A stretch of 54,335 nt of DNA from Nemertoderma westbladi (Eukaryota > Animalia > Xenacoelomorpha): positions 1 through 54,335 of the forward strand of contig JAUCBJ010003881.1 of the NCBI GenBank assembly GCA_032718475.1, given 5' to 3'. A program made the position numbers and the translations under genes. This document shows, one piece after another, positions 23,401 through 35,400 of this stretch; within the stretch, counting starts at the first letter, position 1; every line of letters starts with the position of its first letter. The notes below the pieces were generated by a model. That model made no database searches, was not told where the DNA came from, and was given only the letters and a program-made list of their open reading frames with translations.

Positions 23401-26400
23401 TACTCGGTATATGGCAAGAGGGTTCTTTATTGGTAGTGTCATACTTACTCGGTATATGGCAAGATGGTTCTTTATTGGTAGTGTCATACTTACTCGGTAT
23501 ATGGCAAGATGGTTCTTTATTGGTAGTGTCATACTTATTCGGTATATGGCAAGAGGGTTCTTTATTGGTAGTGTCATACTTACTCGGTATATGGCAAGGG
23601 GGTTCTTTATTGGTAGTGTCATACTTATTCGGTATATGGCAAGAGGGTTCTTTATTGGTAGTGTCATACTTACTCGGTATATGGCAAGAGGGTTCTTTAT
23701 TGGTAGTGTCATACTTACTCGGTATATGGCAAGGGGGTTCTTTATTGGTAGTGTCATACTTATTCGGTATATGGCAAGATGGTTCTTTATTGGTAGTGTC
23801 ATACTTATTCGGTATATGGCAAGAGGGTTCTTTATTGGTAGTGTCATACTTACTCGGTATATGGCAAGGGGGTTCTTTATTGGTAGTGTCATACTTATTC
23901 GGTATATGGCAAGAGGGTTCTTTATTGGTAGTGTCATACTTACTCGGTATATGGCAAGAGGGTTCTTTATTGGTAGTGTCATACTTACTCGGTATATGGC
24001 AAGGGGGTTCTTTATTGGTAGTGTCATACTTATTCGGTATATGGCAAGAGGGTTCTTTATTGGTAGTGTCATACTTACTCGGTATATGGCAAGATGGTTC
24101 TTTATTGGTAGTGTCATACTTATTCGGTATATGGCAAGAGGGTTCTTTATTGGTAGTGTCATACTTACTCGGTATATGGCAAGAGGGTTCTTTATTGGTA
24201 GTGTCATACTTACTCGGTATATGGCAAGATGGTTCTTTATTGGTAGTGTCATACTTATTCGGTATATGGCAAGAGGGTTCTTTATTGGTAGTGTCATACT
24301 TACTCGGTATATGGCAAGATGGTTCTTTATTGGTAGTGTCATACTTATTCGGTATATGGCAAGAGGGTTCTTTATTGGTAGTGTCTTACTTACTCGGTAT
24401 ATGGCAAGAGGGTTCTTTATTGGTAGTGTCATACTTACTCGGTATATGGCAAGATGGTTCTTTATTGGTAGTGTCATACTTATTCGGTATATGGCAAGAG
24501 GGTTCTTTATTGGTAGTGTCATACTTACTCGGTATATGGCAAGATGGTTCTTTATTGGTAGTGTCATACTTATTCGGTATATGGCAAGAGGGTTCTTTAT
24601 TGGTAGTGTCATACTTACTCGGTATATGGCAAGAGGGTTCTTTATTGGTCGTGTCATACTTACTCGGTATATGGCAAGAGGGTTCTTTATTGGTAGTGTC
24701 ATACTTACTCGGTATATGGCAAGATGGTTCTTTATTGGTAGTGTCATACTTACTCGGTATATGGCAAGAGGGTTCTTTATTGGTCGTGTCATACTTACTC
24801 GGTATATGGCAAGAGGGTTCTTTATTGGTAGTGTCATACTTACTCGGTATATGGCAAGAGGGTTCTTTATTGGTAGTGTCTTTAACGATGCCATTGTTAA
24901 CCCAAGAGCTTTGTTTTGATAGTCTTTGTTCATCACTTTGGATTTGAGGACAGACCAGGCCGATCTATTCTTAACTTTGTCTAAATTAATAATAAAAATA
25001 TCATATTTGGTTATTAAATGAGACAATATACGGTGGGTAATGTATAAAATAATGTAAACAACCTAAAATAACTAGAACGCCACCAAGATGGCTTTAAACG
25101 AACCTGTCTTACACAGACTCCAAGAAACAGATGGGATTGGAAGATACAAACCAAGAATGACTTGCATCAACCAAACAAACTGCCTCCCATCGAATGTAAT
25201 ACAAATTCGCCGAGGCAAACAAATCATAATCACAATTACTGCGATGTGTCTCCTATGAAAGTATGTGAAATCTTCCATTAAGTCTACCCAACAGCCGTTG
25301 GTACCCGGCCGGCAGCCACCCTGGTTCAGTTTTCTGGTTTTGTTAGTTTAATCGACAGCTGTTGTAAACGTCCCAGATATACAAAACCTACTAAGCCTTT
25401 ACAGTTGAGCTTAGCCTGAGTTGATGATAGTATTATAACGATGACAATAGGCTCTATAGATACATACGATATATAAATGATATTGTACTGCTTAACATTA
25501 CACTAACTGACTGAATAGAGATAGAACAATAATTAACGATATAATTAATATACGTAACGCCAATTGACAATAATAAGTAGTGAAATGTTGTTCAGCTGTA
25601 AAAGTGTAGTTGTGAGTATTTAATTTCGCGTTCCATAATGTTGACAATATGCTAATATTTCGAATATCGCACATCGAATCGTTCCCAACTTTTTTATTCA
25701 ACAACTAGATACTAATTGATAAATATTCGCGTTTACAATTTTTGCGTACCTGCTTGAGTGTTTGAGATGTTGGATTGTTTGGTTATACACACATACATAA
25801 CCACATCGTGTTTTTGAACGACTCAACTCTTGACAACAACTACCCAGTCTAAAGACAGGCTTGTTATAAAGAGAAGCATTACATAAATGTCGGATCAAAA
25901 AAAGTAGCAATGTTTTTATTTTTCATAAAATAGATAATTCCCCATAACATATTGGTCTAGTGTGATTGGCCAGTAAATAGGATATTAGTAGACTTCGTAG
26001 AATAATTGCAAGTTGCTGGGGATACTAGGGGATTTTGGGACACATATCATTGGGACATTGAGCCTACATGGAATTAAGCCCACACATCATTGGGACATTG
26101 AGCCTACATGGAATTAAGCCCACACATATCATTGGGACATTGAGCCTACATGGAATTAAGCCCACACATATCATTGGGACATTGAGCCTACATGGAATTA
26201 AGCCCACACATATCATTGGGACATTGAGCCTACATGGAGTTAAGCCCACACATATCATTGGGACATTGAGCCTACATGGAATTAAGCCCACCCATTGAGC
26301 ATACATGGAATTAAGCCCACACATTGAGCCTACATGGAATTAAGCCCACACATTGAGCCTACATGGAATTAAGCCCACTCATTGAGCCTACATGGAATTA

Positions 26401-29400
26401 AGCCCACACATTGAGCCTACATGGAATTAAGCCCACACATTGAGCCTACATGGAATTAAGCCCACACATTGAGCCTACATGGAATGAAGCCCACACATTG
26501 AGCCTACATGGAATGAAGCCCACACATTGAGCCTACATGGAATTAAGCCCACACATTGAGCCTACATGGAATTAAGCCCACACATTGAGCCTACATGGAA
26601 TTAAGCACACACATTGAGCCTACATGGAATTAAGCCCACACATTGAGCCTACATGGAATTAAGCCCACACATTGAGCCTACATGGAATTAAGCCCACACA
26701 TTGAGCCTACATGGAATTAAGCCCACACATTGAGCCTACATGGAATGAAGCCCACACATTGAGCCTACATGGAATGAAGCCCACACATTGAGCCTACATG
26801 GAATTAAGCCCACACATTGAGCCTACATGGAATTAAGCCCACACATTGAGCCTACATGGAATTAAGCCCACACATTGAGCCTACATGGAATTAAGCCCAC
26901 ACATTGAGCCTACATGGAATTAAGCCCACACATTGAGCCTACATGGAATTAAGCCCACACATTGAGCCTACATGGAATTAAGCCCACACATTGAGCCTAC
27001 ATGGAATTAAGCCCACACATTGAGCCTACATGGAATTAAGCCCACACATTGAGCCTACATGGAATTAAGCCCACACATTGAGCCTATATGGAATTAATCC
27101 CACACATTGAGCCTACATGGAATTAAGCCCACACATTGAGCCTACATGGAATTAAGCCCACACATTGAGCCTACATGGAATTAAGCCCACACATTGAGCC
27201 TACATGGAATTAAGCCCACACATTGAGCCTACATGGAATGAAGCCCACACATTGAGCCTACATGGAATTAAGCCCACACATTGAGCCTACATGGAATTAA
27301 GCCCACACATTGAGCCTACATGGAATTAAGCCCACACATTGAGCCTATATGGAATTAATCCCACACATTGAGCCTACATGGAATTAAGCCCACACATTGA
27401 GCCTACATGGAATTAAGCCCACACATTGAGCCTACATGGAATTAAGCCCACACATTGAGCCTACATGGAATGAAGCCCACACATTGAGCCTACATGGAAT
27501 TAAGCCCACACATTGAGCCTACATGGAATTAAGCCCACACATTGAGCCTACATGGAATTAAGCCCACACATTGAGCCTATATGGAATTAATCCCACACAT
27601 TGAGCCTACATGGAATTAAGCCCACACATTGAGCCTACATGGAATTAAGCCCACACATTGAGCCTACATGGAATTAAGCCCACACATTGAGCCTACATGG
27701 AATTAAGCCCACACATTGAGCCTACATGGAATGAAGCCCACACATTGAGCCTACATGGAATTAAGCCCACACATAAATCTCTTGTTTAGCTCTTCCTTTA
27801 CATAGGGATAGACGGGATGGCGCTTGCGATTTTGGTTATGTGGGCACATCGCACCCCCCCCCCCCCCCCATCCATAGTAACAGTGATTGCTGGATGGCTA
27901 AGTGTCTTTGGACTCAACACCATAACTTACTCATAGGAATTGGCTGACAGTTGTACTTACTCTCACTCAAGCCGGTACATTAAATGGTATACTGTGCAGT
28001 ACAACGATAATAATGCGCATAGCAGACAATCACTTTCAACCTTCACTTTAATTAAATGAATTACAATTGACAGGAAAGGAATACACCGAGGCTTATCTAT
28101 ACAAACTGTCAATGGCTGCCATCTTATCATCACGTTTTATTAACACTGCCCTCCTTACCAACACAACTGAGGCTTTATTATAAAACCACCTAATTTATAT
28201 TATATTAATTTAGTGGCACATGAAAAGTGGACTACTGAGATAACATTAGCTACTATAAGATTATTTCGAATCCACAAATCCAATTTTCATCTTCCACTAT
28301 ATAATATATTTAAATATTAATATATAAGTTGGAAAATATAGTTGTTCGGAAAAAAGTGTGGGACAGGAAAAACTTTCAATTGAACAAGGTTAGGTTTCAG
28401 GTTTGTGCTAATTGTCAGATTTGTCAATTGGTGCTAATAAAGGGAGGGAGAGGGGGGGGGATACTTAGTAAGCAAAGAGCTAAATTTGCTGATTTATGTT
28501 ATTCATTCATTTCATTTGCACGGCATACGGCCGCCCCGGCAGGCTATAATTAAAACGGTCAATAATCAAAAAAATAAATCAATAAATCAGTAAATCAATA
28601 AAACAATAAATCAATAAAAGTCAGGTCACTCAAAGACACCATGGTGATAGTTAGCTCTGTGTGTACCTAGTCATGAGTTATTATTGTGTGGTTGATTTTT
28701 CGATTCCATAAAAATCAAGGATACATTCATGCCTTACGTGGTTTTTTGAGTTGATGTTGTTTAGGATACTATTTAAAAACAGCGCATTGAAAATGTCCTT
28801 ATATTTGGCTGTTGGCTTGTTGCGTTCTTTCGCATTCTTTATGGTATGTTTGGTGCTGTAGGATGCCGTTACTAGGCTGGTTACGCGTGGTAGTCCGTAA
28901 ATCCACGACGCAGCGTTGTAGTCATCAAATAGGGGGTCTTTATATATATTAAGGCTATGCTGCGCTAGAAGCCAGGCGAAGAGGTATATTATTTTTGGAT
29001 TGCGAGAGTTGAAAGCACTGTATATGATCCTACATTTGTTGTATGCCACTAGGGATGATAGGGTTTCTTGTCCTAGGAGAAGGTACAGGGTATTGTTGGA
29101 TACGTAATTTTTGACACCTAATATTGATCTCATAGCCTTTCGAAAAATGACTTCAAAATCGTTGGTGATAGCATCTGTGTAATTTGCTGTTCCATATAGG
29201 ATTGATGGGGTGCAAATGGTTTTCCATATGGTCTTCGTAACTATCAGGGGCACATCAGAAGTTGATAACCCCCGGTTCTTTAATCGCGCCACATTCCACC
29301 AGCACCTTTTGACGAAGTTGTCTTTTAGGCTGTCCTGAGTTAAGGGGAAGGGCAGTCCTAGGTATCGACAACTATTTTCGTGTTCTAGGGTAGTGTGACC

Positions 29401-32400
29401 AATTTTCAGGGTTTGTTTAGTGGTTGTCTTTGTTGTTGGTGAGCAGATAACATAATGGGATTTTGTTGGGTTCGCTTTTAGGCCATGTGCAGAGAAGTAG
29501 GTAGTACAGACTGTTGTTAACTTCTGTAGATCGCTCTTTAGGTTTGCTAGAAGCAGTATGTCATCTGCATACCCAATTATAGGGTAGGAGTGCTTGTTGA
29601 TGTGTATACCTAATCCTAATGATTCTATGTTGACGAATAATTCTTTTAGATAAAAATTAAAGAGCCAGGCAGATAATACCCCCCCCCCCCCCCCCCCCCC
29701 CCTTGTCTTACGCCTTTGGATAGTTTGATTGATTGTGTGTATAAACGTCGTCCTGTTCTTACATAAGCTGTAGATTTTTTGTAGAGTGATTCAAGTAGTT
29801 GTAACCAGGGTTTATCGATATTTGTTTCCCTAAGCTTACTAAAGAGAGATTTGTGGTTTACGCAGTCGAAGGCCGCAGATAAGTCTATTGAGAGCATGTG
29901 GACATCTGAGCCACCTGCATTAAAACGCTTAATTAGTTTATTGGCTACCATGTAGGGGATTTCTCCATTGATTCCTTTCTTGTATGCCATTTGGAGATGG
30001 CTAGTTGCCTCTCGAGTGAATTCGCTCAGAACTAGAATTTCCCACAGCTTGACGAAGATTGATGAGATTGAAATTCCTCTGTAATTTGTTGTATCGTTTT
30101 TCTTTCGAGTAGCATTCTTGAGGTGAGGTAGTAAGAGACTCGCACATAGGTTGTCCGGAAAGACTCCACACTGGGTCATGCTGTTGAAAAGGAGGGAAAA
30201 GGAAGGTCATGCAGTCTTTATGTCTTGGATTGTAAAGAGTTTGGCATTGAAGAGCTCACTATTTGGACTACTTTCTAGGTTTTCCCCGTCGACTTGAGTT
30301 TCGTCGTTGGTGGTTTGTTGGTGGCTATTTTTATCACTACTGTCTGTCTCAAAGAAATCTTTATAGTGGGTATAGAGTTTATTCGCATTCGCTTCTGTGA
30401 TGGTAGTATGATTGGTTTCCTCACGTTTGAGTTTGTTCCAGAATTTGTCTGTGTCGTTTGCACATGTTTGGGCGATCAAAATATGTTCATGGTATGCTCT
30501 ATGTGCTATTTTGGCTCTTATACGACCCTCTTGTAGTCTCTGAAGGGAGGCGTCTTTCAACGTTAAGTTGTTGTTGGAAGTTCGTTTAATTTTTATCATT
30601 TCTAGAGATTTCAGTGATATAGTAGACCGAGTTGGGAGTGTCTTGCCATTGTTTCCATGGTTCTTCCAGCGTTTCAATTTTTTGGGTATTATGGACGGGA
30701 TGTGGTGTTTGGCAGATTGTAGCATTGTATGGTTAATCTTTTCAACCATCTCTTCTGGTAGCAATTTGTTTGTTGAGTACGAAACACCATCATCGTTAAG
30801 CAAGATTTCGCTAAAGCTCAGTAGCTCGTCATTAACAGATTTTCTATAGGCTTCTTTCTGTTCTGTTGTTGCTTCTTTAAATAGAAAGAAGCGAGGTCTA
30901 TTATTCCTCCACGCCGGTTTGTTTTGTAATTTTTGTTTGTGCTCCATTTGAGGAATGTTGAAGTTGCAGGAGACAGGTGTATGATCAGAAATGTTATCAT
31001 CGTTTTGTTGGAAGATATGGCGTTCTTCTAAACAATTAGTAATGTTTTCTGAGGATATTATATGATCTATTAGAGAGCTTCTTATTGTGATTCCTGTTCT
31101 TGATTTGAAAAAATAGGTTGCATTTCCGCCTGTTGTTTTGGAGTGTGTGCTTGAAAAGGCTTGTAATTTATAGGGGCGGACAATTTGTGTGTGAAAAATT
31201 GTTCCAAAGGTAGATCTTTTATTTTCTTCATTATGGTCTTCGTTGTGGGTTATATCACCATTTATGTCTCCGGCTATGATTATTTCATTTCCATTTTGTA
31301 TTGAATCATCAATTATTGATGTAAGCTTTCCGCATTCCTCTAAATAGTTGGTTCGTGAGTAGTTTGATTTATTATCAAAGGGCATATATGTTCCTATGAT
31401 AGTGATATTGCAGTGGAAGTGATCATCAATTGTCATCGCAATCAGTCGGTCAGAGGTAGTGGTAACAGATGAACAGTATGTGCAGATATCATCTTTAATT
31501 AGGAAGGCTAGACCACCTTCTCCCCGTACTCGTTTTTTATTAGACTTCATTCCTTCGGCTACAGAAAAGGTATAACAGGTGTAGCCGGCTGGTAGGTTTT
31601 TTTTGTTAAAGTTGAACTGAGCTTCTCTACAGCTGAGCCAGTGCTCTTGTAGTACCAGAATATGTGGGTCTTCATTTTGTAGGAGGGAGTAAATGTACTT
31701 TTTATTTCTTGTGTAGCCTTGGCAGTTAAATGTTATGATGTTCAAACCTAATGGGTTTGTATGAAAGTTTCTATCACGGTCAGAGTTTACTTTTGCTTCA
31801 GTATTACATGTGGTTGCCGGAGGTATAAAGATGCTTGCTTTGTTTGTTTTAAAAATACCGATTGTAGTCCCTTGTGTGGGACCGTTCTTTCCGATAGTTC
31901 CCAGAGTTGATGAAACCATTGTTCATTGTTTGTTGCTCATCGGAAGCATTAATATTTATTTCTCGTTGGGTTCTGTTCCCATCTTTCCAGGTTGGTTGTT
32001 TGTCTCTGTGGTCATATTGGCTTCCATCGCAATAATAGATCCGGGAGTTTTGTTTGTTGTTGCTCAGCAGGTTACCCCTGTGTCCCCTATAATTGTGTGA
32101 TGTATATCTGTTGGTTTGTTTCGTGATTCTCTGTATCCGTAGTTGTCTGTTGGTTTCCACGATTGACATTGTGATTTGTTGCTCCAAGCATATGATTGTC
32201 TTTGGTAGTTTTTGTGGTTGGTTCCCTCATGATTATCTTTAAGGTCATGTTCGTTGTTACTATACGGGTTATGAGTTGTAGTTTGTCGGTTTCTGTCTTG
32301 TCTATTTCTATGGTAATTGCATGTTGTTGGGTTGTCTCCAGGCCACATATGGTTGTTTATAAAGATGTGGTAGTCAGCTGGTTGCACTGTTATTATGGCT

Positions 32401-35400
32401 TCTTTGATTTCTCCTTTATTGCCTCTAACCCAAACGTGGACCGGATATATTCCAGTTTGTTTGTAACAAAATTGAGAGAGGCTGACCGATCCTGTATTTT
32501 TTGGTAAACCTGACCCTAGTATTGTTTGCACTTGTTCATTATTTTTCAAGTCTGTTTTCTTTTTAGTTACTTCTGGGTTTGTAATCGGAATGTGTTCTTT
32601 TTTATTGCTCTTCTCTATGTTTTGTAGGATTACATTTTGTCTCTCAAGTAGCATTGCTATTTTGGAATCGTGATCCAGATTACTGAATAAGTTGCTAATT
32701 GGTATTGCTGTTTCTTTTGTTGTTTGTTGTTTAGGGCTAGGCCTCCCATTTGAATGATGTACAGATGTCCAGGCATTTGGATTATATGTCACTTCCTCCA
32801 GCGTTCTTGGTCTGACTACAGTTGGTTTCGATTCTGAAATGTGTCCATTGTAGACAAGGTTTGCAGTATCAATGTCGACTACAAGAAGTTCCTTTTCTGG
32901 AGTTTCAATCTGATCCCATGTTTGAAAGGTATCATCACTTTCGGAGGCTGGGCAACTCGCCCCGTTGCTATCAATCGGGGTCGGGGTGGGAGTAGAATTA
33001 TCACTATCATAGTCATCTGAGATGCTTTGGGACTCATCCTGCGATTCATCGCTGTCTTGGATTGAGATTTCAGTATTATTAATATTTGTCTGTTGGTTTT
33101 TCTGTTTGCGCTTCCGTTTTTTCTCCTTTTTTGTTCGCCTCTTTGCTGCTTTATTTTGTTGTTTTGTTCCGGATGCTACTGATTTCTGCAGGTCATTTAT
33201 TTCTAGGGTCATATTTGTGATTGAGTTCTGTAGCAGGTGAATGGTTTCGATTGCAGCATTATGAGCTCCAGAAAGGGATTTCACCTCAAGCTGTAGATTT
33301 GCAACAAGGTCTGTCAGTTGAAGTATGCTGAAACAATCCATTGTATCTAAATTTACACGCTTTTTAAACGATTGAGAGATGGTATTATTCTCTATAGCGA
33401 GAGCAAACTCAGCCACATCTGTGGATAATTCTTCCATGGAACGTCTATTGACCGCAGTTATACTGAGACTGGGATTATTTCCTAAAACGTAGAGTTTTAT
33501 GTGGTCTAGCAGAATTTTTTGCAATCTATTTAGTGTTCCAGATCCCAAGGGAATCAATGTCTTAATGAATATGTCTTTGGGGTTGTTTATTAGTTTTTCA
33601 GCACGTATTATAGACATTATATCTTCAGTTGTTGATGCATTTATTAGTAGATTCAGGTTGTTCAAGTTAGGGTCTATTGAGAAGGTTGGTTCTTGTTGTG
33701 TTGCGGTTATTTCGATGCGACAGTCTTCTACAGATCTCTTGAACCATGCACGGATCTCTGGACTATTTTCATGGTCTTCTCTTACTGATGAAGATTTCTG
33801 AGCTAGGGCTAAGCCATAGAGACAAATGTATATCCCACAGTCATAACCGTTTTTTTGTCCCGGGTATTGTCTCGTGTTTTGCTTTGTGATCCATGGTGAT
33901 TCTTGCAGATTATTAGGATTTTTCACTTTATGTATGAGGTTGAATAAATTGGTTATTGTGGCAGCAATTGACGATGTTGGATTGTCGTCCATGGGATCTA
34001 GGGTATATACTATTTTTTTTGTTGGATCTGCTACATGAAGTGTGAAATGTTTATGTTCATCGTCGATGTCTGGTATGAGTATGATTGAGTTTTGATGAGT
34101 CGTTGGATCCCAGGAACTTGTGATATGTCTAAGGGCAGCTGAAATATCCCACTCCTTTTGGTGTAGCTTTTTACTTAATTCAATGGGGATGGTTATTGTG
34201 TGTGAAAACTGTATCTCCAATATTCCAAAGAAATATTCTATTATATGGTCACTGATATATAATTCTTTATCCCCTCTAGTTGTGATTGTTTTCTCTCGTG
34301 AAGTAGGATCAGGTATTTTTATTAGGTGTATTTCTCTAGGTAGGGGGGGGGGATTAGGGTTCTAGGATTGGTTCTCTTTGGTTTTGTTATGGCTTTGACG
34401 ATTTCAGCTGTTGGCGCATTCTGCATTGATGATAGGTTTTTTGAAGAATCGGCAAAAAAGCCCATTGACTCCTCTATTTCAGATATGCTAATGTCGTTTA
34501 GAGTATCGCTGGTGGTAGAGAAGGTTACATTGATTTTGTTACTGTGTGTGTTGGATAAATTCTTTTTTTTTGACTTCTCTTTTGGTTCCAAAGTTGAGGT
34601 GTTTTGTTTTGTATGTTCATGTTTTTTTGGAGCGTTGGTTGATGACTTTAATTTTTTGTTTTTTTTTGTATTTATACTGGTAGTGTCAGTTTGTGTGTTT
34701 ATGGGGGGCATACTCGAACCCATCAGTCTGTTGTGACCCGTATTTTCCTCCATTGCGAGAGAGTCAGGTTCGGTTTCTTCATTTGGCGTCATCTGATTCA
34801 GAGGGTCAGACATGTGACTGTCAGGTGGGGTAGGCAAAGGGATGCCTCCAGCCAGGCGCTGGTGCGGGAGTGGTTGGGGTTCGTGTTTTGGTGAGTGCTG
34901 TACTGGCGCCATGTCTTCAGGCCGTGATGCGCAGTTCACACAGTTATCGCGCCGCTCGCGGTCCGGTATATACTCCTTTCCGCTATGCAGGCAGTTTGCA
35001 GTCCGCAGTCTGTTTGGCGGATGGGTTTGGGCAGTCTGTATGTGTGTCTTTCACACACTATTATATACAGGATAAATTCCCCCAACTTCCTCTAAGTCAC
35101 AATTATTTTAGTTAAAAGTTTACTGTTATATTTATACTCAATTATATAACTTTCTTAGGAATACATTAACAACCTTATTATCGCAACATTGATTAAACAG
35201 TGTTTAATCAATGTAAAACTATATTTTAGGATTAGCTGTGAATTCTGGAACATTCTATGTAGGCCTACACTGTATCTACAATATCATAATATTCCAATAA
35301 GTTGATAATTTACAATATAATATACAAAAGAATATATTGACTCTTTGGTAAATTGCGTAATTTTGTCCAGGAAACGTTTACAAATCAGATTCAAGTAATT

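Larger units (their letters stand above)
28560..35050 (-). mobile_element. Near full-length APE-type non-LTR retrotransposon (RTEX-like), defective
   Basis: ORF1 at about 34939-32064. ORF2 has an AP endonuclease (TFNCQG, LQEHWL, AGDING, IDHI, SDHTPV) and RT (NYRGIS, IDLSAAFDCV, GVRQGG, GYADD, YLGL). (TTTATTGA)n-like 3' tail at about 28560-28620. No clear TSD; clade call is motif-based only. Confidence 0.85.

Noticed and set aside
6435-24880. CRISPR array or telomeric repeat interpretation
   Set aside because: No unique spacers, no cas genes, eukaryotic intron context, and the unit is not a telomere motif.
10508-24919. 4803-aa plus-strand ORF (RYMARGFFIGSVILT)n and the overlapping (VVSYLLGIWQEGSLL)n ORFs
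   Set aside because: Antisense read-outs of the stop-free 45-bp unit; the long one starts inside the RTE 3' end; no independent gene evidence.
10438-25026. 4862-aa minus-strand ORF as a stand-alone giant gene
   Set aside because: Its start lies in intron sequence upstream of the acceptor at 24981 and its end in antisense RTE. Only 24844-24980 is supported as exon; extension into the repeat is treated as a hypothesis.
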